The position numbers and the translations under genes were made by a program. Under the pieces are notes generated by a model, which saw only the letters and a list, made by a program, of their open reading frames with translations, had not been told where the DNA came from and made no database searches. Shown here one piece after another: positions 1-28,604 of a stretch of 64,000 nt of DNA. The stretch covers positions 63,218,788 through 63,282,787 of the forward strand of contig CM120640.1 in assembly GCA_051362555.1 (NCBI GenBank), written 5' to 3'. Positions within the stretch are counted from its first letter, which is position 1. Each line of letters starts with the position of its first letter. This DNA comes from Lingula anatina (taxonomy: Eukaryota > Animalia > Brachiopoda).

Positions 1-168
1 GGGAGTATCCAGTGGCAAACAAGTAACTTTTTTCACTTTTTGTTTCACCTTCAACATTGACCATGCTTTTGTAGGATTGTCAGTGAACTGATGCACCTTG
101 ATGCCATCCAATTCTCCCATGGCTTTGTCCTTTGTGGGACCTCGAAATATTTTCTTCAGATGTGACAT
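1..168 (-). CDS. Probable first coding exon of an unidentified gene running off the left edge (partial)
   Basis: Splice acceptor (tttttccag, intron ends at 181) followed by ATG at 168 and a frame open to the window edge: MSHLKKIFRGPTKDKAMGELDGIKVHQFTDNPTKAWSMLKVKQKVKKVTCLPLDTP. The other two frames stop. No family recognised. Confidence 0.45.
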   Translation of the reverse strand, partial: MSHLKKIFRGPTKDKAMGELDGIKVHQFTDNPTKAWSMLKVKQKVKKVTCLPLDTP

Positions 169-685
169 CAAAGTGGTTTTCTGGAAAAATGAAATTGTGA
201 ATAAACATTAATTTCGATTTATGCTGTCTCATAATTGCAGATTTCACCTACATCAAAATTGACAAGAAAAAAATGAAAGAGATGATTATACATGTGCTAA
301 TGATGATAATTTCTGTATCGACTGCTCATGTATTAATTCCATAAATTAAGCCAAAGTGTGAGACCATCGTTGTAGATAGTTAATTACCATCACTTTTGGC
401 TCTACTTGAATTCTGCTTGCTACATTACCAAACATTACTTACACAGATACTACAATGTACATGCACTGGTATTACAGGTGTTCAGGATGATTTACAATTT
501 ACAGGTGCTTCTCTCAGTTTTTCATGTACTGAGGAGTATTTGATCCAGTTCCGTGTTGGCTGACAGTAACGTAACACATTTGATGATAAGTTAGTTTATC
601 GTTGATCCACACCACACACATAAGTACAAGTTGTCTACACAGAAGTCATATAAATTTCGGCTGATTCACTTCATAAAATTAGAGC

Positions 686-726
686 TGACGTTGATCACGT
701 GACGTCAACAAAATGTTACGTTAACG
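686..726. promoter_or_regulatory. Candidate bidirectional promoter with overlapping E-box (CACGTG) and CRE (TGACGTCA)
   Basis: gttgaTCACGTGACGTCAac lies in a CpG-enriched patch between two divergent genes. Function is inferred. Confidence 0.45.
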
Positions 727-1936
727 CTAAGTTCCTGTACTGTTACTGTTGATAAAGTGAACTTTCTATGCTTTGAAATAGATATTTGATAAAAAAAACT
801 TCGCCCTACAGTTTGTGGACGACAATCCTTTGGAAGCATCATATTAGATGTAGATGCACTGTCATGAATGAGGTCAGCATAGAGGTCAATGAAAGTGGTT
901 CTCTAAGTGACGGAGGTACGAAAGCTTGCTGTGTAAAGAGAGGAGGCAGGTGTTCCTCCAGGTATGCCGTTTCCCTGTACAATCTAATAGCAGTCTGAGC
1001 TAGGTATGCGAGTTGTGGCAAAATCACTGCAACAAGATTATGCGCTATTGTAAAAATAAGTCAGTTTAATTATCAACCGATCAAGGTGATAGCCGAGCGT
1101 GTCAATGTCATTCATTGTTAATATAACGTTAATGATGTTCGTTTTACTACAAGTATTATTCATCCTAATATTTGTTAAATGGCAAGTCATTGTTAGGAAC
1201 ACTGACATGGCCCTTGTGTTTTCTTTCTTTTTCTCTCTCTAATTTCTGAGGGTATTTTGCATTGTTGACTCCAATCCATTTTGCTACATGCACTCAAGAT
1301 TGCATGCATGAGTATCGTTTCAAAATGTTTGATCTTAATAACTTATAATTATACCTGTAATTAGCGTGAGATGAATAGATCAATCATTTTCATTTGATTG
1401 ATATATTTTGTAAGCAAAGCCTTAGACTTTATGGCATGGTTTGTGTTTTTGAACTAACATTTTACCATTATATTGAGAGTTTGTACAGTATACCATGTAC
1501 ATGTACATGTACATGTACTTAAGATAACAGCTGGATTTTATTTTGCCATTTCCAGTTAGACTACTGCATGGGTACATGTTATTTTTGAATGCCAGAAGCA
1601 ATCTGGCTTGCCAAAGATATGAAAGGCAGGCAAATGTTATCAGACACAAAAGGCCACTGACTATTATTATACTGTATGTGGGTGTATAAGTGGGCCTTCT
1701 TAATGCATTTACACATTTTTATAGTTTTAACATGAAATATTATAGCTATTGTTCAAATATTTTCGTAACACATGTGACACGATAACCAGATTTGCATTGC
1801 CAGAGAACTATATGAGCAACCGTTCTACAGAGAGAGGAAGAAAAAAGAATCTTCACCTTTAATTGTAATATTTGGAACAATATGAAATAATCTCACTTTT
1901 CTTTATTTAATTTTTCTAGACATATAGCTAGAGAGA

Positions 1937-4900
1937 ATGAAGCCAGCAGGGAAACATCTAGGAGAGCTGTTGGGGGAAAGTAATATTGACACAGCCCACA
2001 ACAGCGCAAGTCTTTCAAAAGCCAACAGGGATGTCAAGGTACAGTTTAAAGCATTTTTTATCTAAAAATCTAAATCAGTAAGTAGCAGTGGTGGAGTTTT
2101 TTCCAGTTCAGGTGTACATTTTATTAACAGATTAGAAACATGCATCCTCCCTACTTTTTTGTTAACTTCAAATGGACAATTTCTTATTAACCATGCATGT
2201 AATGATTTTTTTTAGGAATTGAAAGCAGAGAATAAGAAACTGAAGCAAGAGTTAGAGGATGTGAAGTAAGATTTTTCATATAGTTTAATTGTGTAGCATA
2301 AAACTATTAACCTGAATTTGGAGAGATCACAAACAAGTATAACTGATATTTATTTGCTGCACTAATTTGATGCTACATTATATAAATGTACAAATTAAAA
2401 TTGACTTTTTAGATTGCTCTACAGCCAGCTTGTGAAAGAAAACACACATGAGCAGTTTGATGAAAGAAGGGTGAATCTCCTCAAGTCTCAAGTTATTCAG
2501 CTTGAGAGACAGGTATAATATCAACAATACACATTGAGATGTGTTCACGCAAAGTACTTTTCAGATTTGAATACATAAAATAATATTTTGATATAGAATA
2601 CAATACAATATAATAAGACTTAACATTTAGTGGCTTTAAATCTTACTCGTAGGGTATAATGTGTGTTGAAATGTTTCATTTGTTGCTATTGTCAAATGAA
2701 TATTTTAGGTTTAAAGATTACTGAAGGAAGGGAATTTGTCAGAGAGAAAACTTTGAAGATTTATTCTATATTTCAGATGCTGCTGTTATCAGAGGGTCTG
2801 AGCTCCCGTGGCAGCTGCCTCATGGATGTAGATAATGCACTCGTCCAGCTGGCTGATACTTGCAGGTAATCTGATTTCATTTGCCATATGTGTGTGAAGA
2901 TTTAAGTTTTATAGTTATCCTTTTTTCTTTTGTCATGTCAATCATAAGTTGGTAATGGAAAATACTAAAGATGGAAGGCCCTTACAGTAAGCTACATTTT
3001 CCCCCTTATACTGTACCATGCCATTTAAATCTTATCAGTGTTGTATATTACTCCAATTGGGTCCTATCTCCTTTTATGACATAAAATGAAACAAAAATAA
3101 AACAAGTATTTGGTGTAGATCCATTTAGTAATGTGTTAAGTGAATATTGTATTGTCAATGATTATTAGGACATTCATTGCCAAAGATATCCGTGGCCCAG
3201 AAGTACCAGTTCCTAGAGCAGAGCTGACAAGAATGGTAGAGACAATAGAGTCTTCCAGAATAAAACTCTTCAAAAATACAGAGGTGAATTGCTAGGTGTA
3301 TATTAAAATATGGGGCTCTTCAGAAATGTTTTGAAGATGTAATTATCAAGGTCGTTATACATGTTTTAACATAAGGTTAAAACCTTAAATGCTTTTTAGA
3401 ATATAGAACATATATTTAATAAACAATAATATTTCATTTAATATGTTATACTAAACATTGTTTGAGTAGTGTATGTTAATATCTTTAATTGTGGTGTGTG
3501 TCATGACAGAGGCTGTGATATTGAATTAAAAACATAACTTTTGTAGAATGTCACCACAGAGAAGCTGGCCAAGCCACTGCTGTTTATGAGTGATTTTGTC
3601 AAGCACAGTCCCTCTGAACCAGTGACTCTTCTGGAAGTCTGTAGTGGAAATCTAGATCATATCAACCTTAAACATGTGGTAAGGACATTTTAAGTTTTGT
3701 AGGTATTAGCAGTGTAAGTAACAGTAGTAACTGTTTCTTTTTTAAAGTTGAATTATTGCGAAATATAAAAGATGTTTCATAATCATAGCACTTTAAAAGT
3801 ATTAAAAAAGATATGATGAGCAGTGTACAGGGATAAAACAAATTTTAATTACTTATTTAGTTAGGACTTACAATAACTATCATGTACACAACAAAGGTTT
3901 TAAGTTGTCAGTAAATAGTATTAAAAAAATTATTTTAAATGTAGTTTTCAATGTTGCTCACAAGTAGATTGATAAAATTTTTAGCCTCGTGTCTTAGTTT
4001 TGGGGATTTATATTTAAAAAAATACTGTCAATTTCATCATTTTGCTTTCGTATCATTTTAGGCTAAATTGGAGTCCAAACTCACTAACCTGTACAAGCAA
4101 CTTACACGCTTAAAGCACTCTCTGGATACTACATTATCTCTGGAAGCAACTGTGATACAGTCAGCTAGCCATCATTTGTCCTCTGTTGTATTTGACGAGC
4201 TCTCCAACAATGCCAGAAAGTCGTGTGATATGCTCAAAGACTGCTGTCAGGATCTTCTCAGTTTGTCTGTTTTCATTCCCAATGCTCCATTGGTAAGGGA
4301 ATGTATAATGTCTAGCAGTTTGCTCTCCTAAGTTAATCAGTTGTGTTGTCAGATTTTCCTGGAGAAAAGACTCTTTAAGAGGTCCAACAACTATGATAAA
4401 TTCAATTCAGTAAATGTAGAAATTCAATCATTTCGAATTCATTAAAAAAAACGTATTTCTTGTTCAAGATCAGACTGTTGAATGCTGTATACTTCCTCTT
4501 TAGTGCTTACTTTATAAAAATATTGCTTGACTTGTTTTTCAATATGAACATGAAATGAGAGTAATTTTTATGTGTGCATGTGTGTGGTGAATTATTCAAA
4601 ATTTATGCTTTACTCTTTATAATTCTGACTCATTTTTAATGTCACCAATTACAGCCTCCACTTACCAAGCCTATCTTGAAAGACATGACAGTAGACAATG
4701 TTATAGCAGCTTTACCAAAGTTCCCCAAAGTCAAACAGAAAGAAGGCAGGCAGATGATTGGGGCACTTTTGAAGGCTTTCAGTTATCATTCACATATCCT
4801 TGGCTTAGAGGTAAAGTCAGAAACTTGTGTAAAATCACTACACTTTTTGCAGACAGCACTAGGATAGTGAGTTGGTGTGCATCAGTGAGCGCACACATAT

Positions 4901-7253
4901 GTTTGTGTGTGTGGTTGCATGCGCCCCCCATGCTTCCAGGTGATTGTGTCCATAAATGCATCAAATAAATTTTAAAGATACATCTGTTATTTGTACAAAA
5001 TGAGGTTTAAAGATTCTTCAATTCCTACATCTTGCAGACTAAAGCTGTCAAAGAAGAGCTGAAAGTCCACAGGTCACTCTATCAACTACAAGTCAATTAT
5101 GCTGAGTCATTGTTCCAAGCTGTAAGGTAGGATATTTTATTGACTCTCACATGAAACAAATGCATAGTGATGTCTGCCTATCCACTTTATTTATAATGCA
5201 AAAAATTAATAATAATGTTATGGCAGGAGATGAACCTGGATACTTCCAAGTGACATCTTCAAAACATTTTTTTTCAATAACAACATAATCTTCACTAAAA
5301 GCAATCAAGAAGAAATGAATTTTTTTCTTTTGTTTTTCAGAGAAGGTTATAAAACATTTGAAGAAAGTACAGAGGAGTTGGTTTGCAAGCCTTTGAAATG
5401 TAATTGATAAGTTTATCAAAAAAATTGATAAGGAGAATCTTGAATTTATCCTCCAGTGCAAGAGCTCGTAAATTAGATTTGAATTTGAATTTATTTAGAA
5501 TAATGGATTTATATCTAAATTAAATATGCTAGTTTAAATGGCATATTTATAAAATTTTACTTAAATTCAGCAACACTTGAAGCCTATGAAGAGCTGAGAG
5601 ATACTGCTTCGGAGCAGGCATTAAAGAACTTTTTGTCTACTTTCAAGTCACAGGCAGATCAAGTAAGTTTTGATGTGCTACAGAAACTAATCATTAAATT
5701 AGACAATTTGATGTCTATTCTTTTTGCAATTAGTAGAAAAGAATTAAAAAAGGCCCTTAAGATGAGTTTTTGTTCTTCATGTTATCATTTAGAATTTTTG
5801 TTAATATTGTTCATGGAGGTTGTAGACAAAATAGTTTCAAGCTTAATTTATTTTTAGTTAAGTCAGATGATTGAGACATTGACCCCAAAAGAAAACAGTG
5901 CTGGTAAGTTTTGTAGAGTTTCTATTACATATATGAAACCACATTAAATTTTACTTTAGAGATCTGTGTTTTGATCCCATGAACATGTTTTTATGTTGCA
6001 CATTGTGTACTCTGGGGAATTTTTTTATGAGGCAAACTTTATAAATGTTTTCAAGAAATAACTTTATGAAAGTAAAAAAAAGTTTGGTAGAAGTGAAACA
6101 TGTTCTGTCCCTTGATTCCAATTGTCCTTATTGGAACAAACATGACATATAACATAGTCAATATGTTGTGTGTAAATAGCTGGGATGTAATAAACCAAAA
6201 ATGAATTCATGTAACACATGTTTATAATCAAAGTTTTAATATATTGCTGCAGGTCAAGAAGCACTTTCCAGTTTTGGTACTCAGTTTATGGAATCGCTAG
6301 AAAACCACCAAAAGGCTTGCAAAGAAAAATTGGATAAACTGAGTGAAGAAGTGGAGATACTGAAAGAGCAAAAGCGTGTACTTTTGTCACAGGAGCTTGC
6401 TGTACTTGGACAAAATGGGAGTAAAGCATCTGCGGGAGACCCACCTCAAAAAGATGATAAAATAAAAGAAATGAAGCAGGGATGTGGCCTACAGGGAGTA
6501 GAGGATAGACAAAGTCTGCATGACCCTAAGAATAAAACCCTAGGTCTAGCACCCGAACAGCATCTGGAGGAGTTCCAATATAAAGGAGACCCACTGGTGG
6601 GGAAGGAAATTGCTGACCAGGATCTTGCAGACAATTATGCATGTGGAGAAAGCACATTGCAATATAAATATGATATACCCAAAGAAGGTTTGATTGCAGA
6701 TAACATGTCACATTCCACTTCATCATCCACTGATATGGTTTTTGATGAAGAAGCATGTAGCTGTTGTCCCCAAGAAGTCAAAGCAAATGGCGCTGAGGAA
6801 GAAAGAGACCGAAACATGAATGCACGTCCCATTTCAGGTAAAAAAATATACCCAAAGTCACCAAGCAGATTGAGCAAACTCTCCAGTGAAAGAAACCCTT
6901 TGGGGTCTCCTACCCCACACCTTGCAGAAGTTACTGGAAAGTCACATGGTATTCCACGATCGGTACCTGGGATTAAGCCATCAGGTACCCCGATGAGAAG
7001 ACATGGCAGTTTGACCAAATTAACTCCCAGTCGCAGTCGAGAAAACTTGCAACAAGGGCAGAGAACAACTGCTGCTGTAACTCCACGAAAACCTACTGGT
7101 CTTCCTACAAAGAAACTTACACTAAAAAAGAGTAGTGTGTCATCTAGTACAGATAGTCTGTCTAAAGATGATCCACAAGACTGCACAGATACTCCATCCA
7201 AGAGACCTCCGTCCAGAATTCCTGGGATGAGGAAGAGTATTTCAAACAATTAG
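1937..7253 (+). CDS. Uncharacterised coiled-coil protein, about 753 aa, with a disordered basic S/P/T-rich tail carrying an SxIP motif
   Basis: 13 GT-AG exons join in frame (2262 nt): 1937-2038, 2216-2265, 2413-2512, 2777-2865, 3169-3283, 3547-3678, 4062-4292, 4655-4810, 5038-5126, 5341-5399, 5571-5662, 5858-5903, 6253-7253. Heptad-like segments ELKAENKKLKQELEDVK and FDERRVNLLKSQVIQLERQ. AATAAA at 7943. Confidence 0.85.
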
Positions 7254-8689
7254 TTAAGTTATATCACCACAGTCAAAGTTACCTTTCTCTTTATCAGTAG
7301 TAAAGATTGTCAGTAATCTTTCACAAGGTTATTGCCAAATTGCTGTATAACAAGTCTAAAAAAAAAAAAAACAGCATGATTCATTTGAAGGATGCAGTCC
7401 AGTTTACTTAATCAATTGTAACTATGCAAAGATAACTAAGTGATAAAGACTGGAGGTGCAGTTTCACTAAAACATATTTTACATAAAACATAAGACTTAA
7501 TCAGTAAAGTTATATAATAGCAATATTCGAATTCATTTTAGAAACCATGATCAGCCTTGATAAAATCTGAGTTGTTAGTTTGCCTAGCTTCTAGTCTACC
7601 TTAAATGTAACACGTTGGATACATACTGTAATTTACTAAGGAAAAAGTAGAAGTTTGAACTGTGAGAAGGAGCACATTCAAAAGATGTGCTTGGTTATGC
7701 AGAGATGCTCTCCTATTTTCAGTTGTTTACATAGTGCAAATTAACTGTTGATTGAAGGACTTTGCAGGTTCATGACATATCAGTGTATTGTTTGATCAGG
7801 GCAAAAACTTACAAAGCCACAGACAGGTCAAGTTTATTCAGATGTGCCAAGTGTTTTTGTACATGTTATGGAATTTATAAATGTAAGATTTTGCTGTGAT
7901 ATTTCAAAAAGTATCCTTTCAATTTTTTAATTTCAAAAAGCTAATAAAATTTATATGAAGTTACTAATAATATTGAAGATTATTCCGTGTTCCATTTTCA
8001 AGTAAAGTTGATGACACACTTGTAATTGAATGTTTAATAATGATAATCAAATTTTGGACCTCCAGAAACAAAATACAAATCCAAGATAACCCAATTGGTA
8101 AACATAGCTTTTCGTATTTTTTTACATTTATTTGCTGTTACAGCTGTTTGAACTTAACAATTAACCTCCCAAATAAAGTATTGGTAGGTTGTAAAGTGAG
8201 CACAGCACATGTACACTATCTAATTCAAATATAAATTCTTCACAAACACTCGCACCCAGACTAATGTTCACAATTTTACATCCTTAAAAAGGTAGTATGC
8301 AGTAATCAGGCAAGTTCATTTTGGTGCACTTAAACTCCTAGTTCACATTCTCAATCCATGCCCTGCCCATTTAAAGACTTATTTTATCAAAAAGCTGCTG
8401 TAGTCAATTATAAACATTCATTTTACAAGATAAAATAGAAACGTAAAACTGAAGCAGCACAACTCGAAAGTGTCATCTGAAGTAACAATTGTCTGCATCA
8501 ATTCATGTTTAATGATGAACTAGTACCTCAGCTTATAGACTACACATCAAAAGATTACATTAAATAAATTTAATAGTAATAACACATTTCAGATTCACAT
8601 AAAATATGCTTCTTTATAATTTAAAAATTAAATTTATTTTCTGATTAATTACTTAGCAATACCAGAGTTACAACTTCAAATAGTTCATA

Positions 8690-8738
8690 AATTTTGACCC
8701 ATGATTTTGAACTATTTTGACCCATGATTTTGAACTAT
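8690..8738. repeat. Short tandem duplication (about 23 bp x2) in the presumed MEK 3'UTR
   Basis: attttgacccatgattttgaact occurs twice in tandem. Confidence 0.7.
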
Positions 8739-11141
8739 CCAATCTTACAGGTAATCACTATTCACAGTTTGAACAAATTATTTCAAGATCATGAACATTT
8801 TTGAATTGAAAACTGCAAGAATGCAATCTTCAAGTGACAGTAGTTGTCTTGAACATAATCTGCAGGTTACATCTAGCATGGGCTTCTTCCATGTACTAGT
8901 ATGTTTAGAAAAACATGATTGTACAGTAATTAGGTCATGAAAGTTATCAATGCTTTAATACATTTACAGTTACACTACATGATCAGGACTCTCAGTTACT
9001 CCAATGCCTTTATATACTACTTGAAACATTAATGGTATGTGAAATATATGAGATTATGGTTTAAACAGATTGCAAACTTAACAAAAGAATCTATTGTATA
9101 AATACCGAATTTACACATAAAACTTATATTTGTATAATAATGAGTCCTGAAATAATGTAACATTTACTTCTGTCACTTAATCTGAATATGCTGATATTGT
9201 TGTTGGCAAAATAAACGTGCCAATCACAATTTTCCCAAAACATACATTTAGACAATCTGCACTAAGAGAGTGCTCTTTAACCATGATTTTCTGTTTCATC
9301 TGAGTCTGCCACCAAGTACAAAGCAGCATAATTTTGAGTGTCACAAATTCTCAAAGCAAGTTGCTAACATAGTTGTGGAGTTCAGTTGTTTTGAAAAATA
9401 AAGAGGAACATTTTTCTTCTGATGAAAAATTACAGCTGCTTCTTGAGATAAAACATTTATGAGTGGCAAAACTTGTTTAGCAACTTGAAAAAAAAAACTT
9501 TTGTGAATTTGGATAAATGGTATCTGGGTCTAAATACAGCTTAAATGTGAAAACCAACAACAATAAATATAGTGAAAAATTAGTACAAAGTATTCATAAT
9601 GCAACTATAAATATATACACCGAAAATACGAACAAAATAAGCAAATACACCCACATGTGGCACCTATATGCCCCTGTATAACTTTTCATATTGCAGCAGC
9701 AAATAATAATACTTACTTCCACTCTTTTGCCAACTAACCTGCATAGTTTAGGGTCATTCTCTTTTAATCCAAAAATTGTGACATAAAGAATCACTGATCA
9801 ATCAAATCTCATACATTGTGTTTTCTTGACAAATCTATGCAAAATTTTATAAGCTGCCATCTATCACTGCATCATACAAATATTAAGCTTAGAATATCAA
9901 ATAGAACAGACTTGCAACCTTGATATACAATAAATCTTCTTTGAAATATGCCCAGCACAAATACACCCAAAATGGGGTAATCGGCACATACATCAGATTC
10001 CTTTTCTTAGAAATAAAAAGCCACCAGTGTACAGAAAAACCAATGCTTTACCCAACCCCAAACCAACTGTATTTCAAATGTCAGGCAAAGGTGACCACAA
10101 CAGTGAACAATTAATACAGAAGTTACATGGTCATGGTGGCAAGCCAGGCTAAAGCATACCTGAGGAAGCAATAAGAGTCTAAACATGAGGAGGCAACAGA
10201 TATTTACACATGGCAGACTAATTGCACAGTTTGTATTTAACATAACTAAATTATACTATAAAGTTACATACACAATGGGTATCAATACAAATGTCACCAA
10301 GAGAGAAGGGGACTTGTGTAGGGTCACCTTCCCTTTCTACGAGTTATATAGATAAGTCATCAAGTGACCATCAAGCAGCACATCCTGGCTAGGTTTACAA
10401 TTCATTTCAAAATGGTTGCAAGTTATAATTATATATACAGCAGCAAGGGACCATACAATAAGAATAATGGGCAAACTCTTTACCACAATGCCTCCGTCCA
10501 CTGTAGCACCCATCACCAAATAAAGCAAACGTATTACAGATTTGGTTTACGGTTGTACATATGTATTTTATATACTATACATACATTTATATTATATAAG
10601 TACTTGCTTTGTTTTAACTAATATTAGTCAGATTCTGAAGAAAAAACTGTGTGGAATGGCCGTCTCCTTTCCTGCTATACAGGAAGCTGTTCCATGCTAG
10701 ACTTGAGCAGTCTGACTTCTGCAATGTGACATCCTGTCATGTCTTGAGGTATTAGTAATTCCTTCTGCATTCCTTACATACATTATGGGATACTATAATA
10801 TGAAGTCACAGAAGCTAATAACTTCTATTTATCATATTGTATTTCTCACTGGGACTCAAGAAGCTGCATTAAATCTGCAACTAAACCATGTTTTGACTTC
10901 TGGTCCATGTTGGTTAAATGTGAAATCATATCCTCCAAACTAGAGCCAGGTAAGCTACACAGTTTCTAAAGCAAGCAATCTGCTAATATTTTAGCCAATA
11001 TTCATTAACTTTAGTTGGAGCTTACATAAATGTGAAGAATTTATGCACAACATACTGCCGCATCATTATATTTGTTGCTTAGCATGTCCTGCTTGCTGTT
11101 CGAGTTATAAGTTTACATTCCATTCTTTTTAACAGTATCTC

Positions 11142-27554
<16,413 letters not shown>

Positions 27555-27757
27555 TTGTCAGGTGTTGCTACAAGACTAGAGAGTAACTTTGATCAGTTCA
27601 TACAAACACATCCCATAATAGTCGGAAGTGAACTGCTAGTGGGTGCCCTCATAAATATTCATAAACAAATGTCAGGCAACAGATTACGCGTGAAGATACG
27701 AGATTAATTTGCTTCCCACAATGCCTCTCACTTTCTCTTTTCCGGTTAGCGAGCAAG
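27555..27757. promoter_or_regulatory. Bidirectional MEK/RPL17 promoter with the RPL17 TCT/5'TOP start and non-coding exon 1
   Basis: ETS site CGGAAGTG (27623-27630), ZNF143/Staf-like TTCCCACAATGCCTC (27713-27727), pyrimidine tract CTTTCTCTTTTCC (27731-27743), donor GT at 27758. Confidence 0.75.
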
Positions 27758-28245
27758 GTAATGGCCGAATATGAATATGGTTGCATCAAAATCGACCTCA
27801 TCAATTGCCAGCCATAGCAATAAAAGTGAATTGGCTTTATTTTTCATATTGCAGACGGTCATTATGATGTTTTCTGAATACAATTTTGTTAAACACAGAC
27901 GGATTAAAGTCACTAGCCGTCGACAGACACTAGTGCTATTTTGCCATAATTTTGTGCTTGTTACTAAATTATTTCAGCCGTGCTTAAGTTCTGACACACG
28001 AATCACCTCATTTTAATGCGCTGTGCCCACAAGGTCCTCAACTTTTCGAAAGGTTTTTTTGATGTGCCACATTACAAACCCTAGCAAAATTAGCATGTGA
28101 TTGAAGTTCAAGACTTGTAAACTTAAGGCTGAAAGCAGACTGAACTTGTCATTTTTTGTTTCTTTTTACTGATTCTCATATCGAGAAAATAATTATTGGA
28201 ATGTGAACTTGATTATGTGGTATATAATGATTTCACCAGACTGAA

Positions 28246-28469
28246 ATATACTGACAGTCAATGAAGACTTATCATTTATTTATCAAATAATATTTTAAGT
28301 TCCTTTGGCACATTAGGAAAATAACAGTTTCCATGTGAAATATGAAATAGTGGTCGGCCCACTCTCTTATGACCAAACAAGTGCATTCGTACTCATATGG
28401 TTGGAATTGATTCTTGGTTAAAAAGTACAAGAAAGTTTTCTGATGCGTTTTCATTGACTGTCAGTATAT
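28246..28469. mobile_element. MITE (about 220 bp) in RPL17 intron 1
   Basis: 20-bp perfect inverted repeat ATATACTGACAGTCAATGAA (28246-28265 / 28450-28469) with TA-rich ends. Confidence 0.75.
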
Positions 28470-28604
28470 ATTGAGGAAGAGCATATACCATCTAGTGAAC
28501 AACAAATGAAGAAAAGCTGGATAATATTCTGTTTATAGACCAATGCAAAGCAATTCATTTTTACAATGTCATAATCTTTTGTTATATCTTTTAGTGCCAG
28601 CAGG

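Noticed and set aside
6635-7249. 204-aa antisense ORF, and the antisense ORFs over H1 (42649-43240)
   Set aside because: Shadows of real coding exons with biased composition. No independent start or splice evidence.
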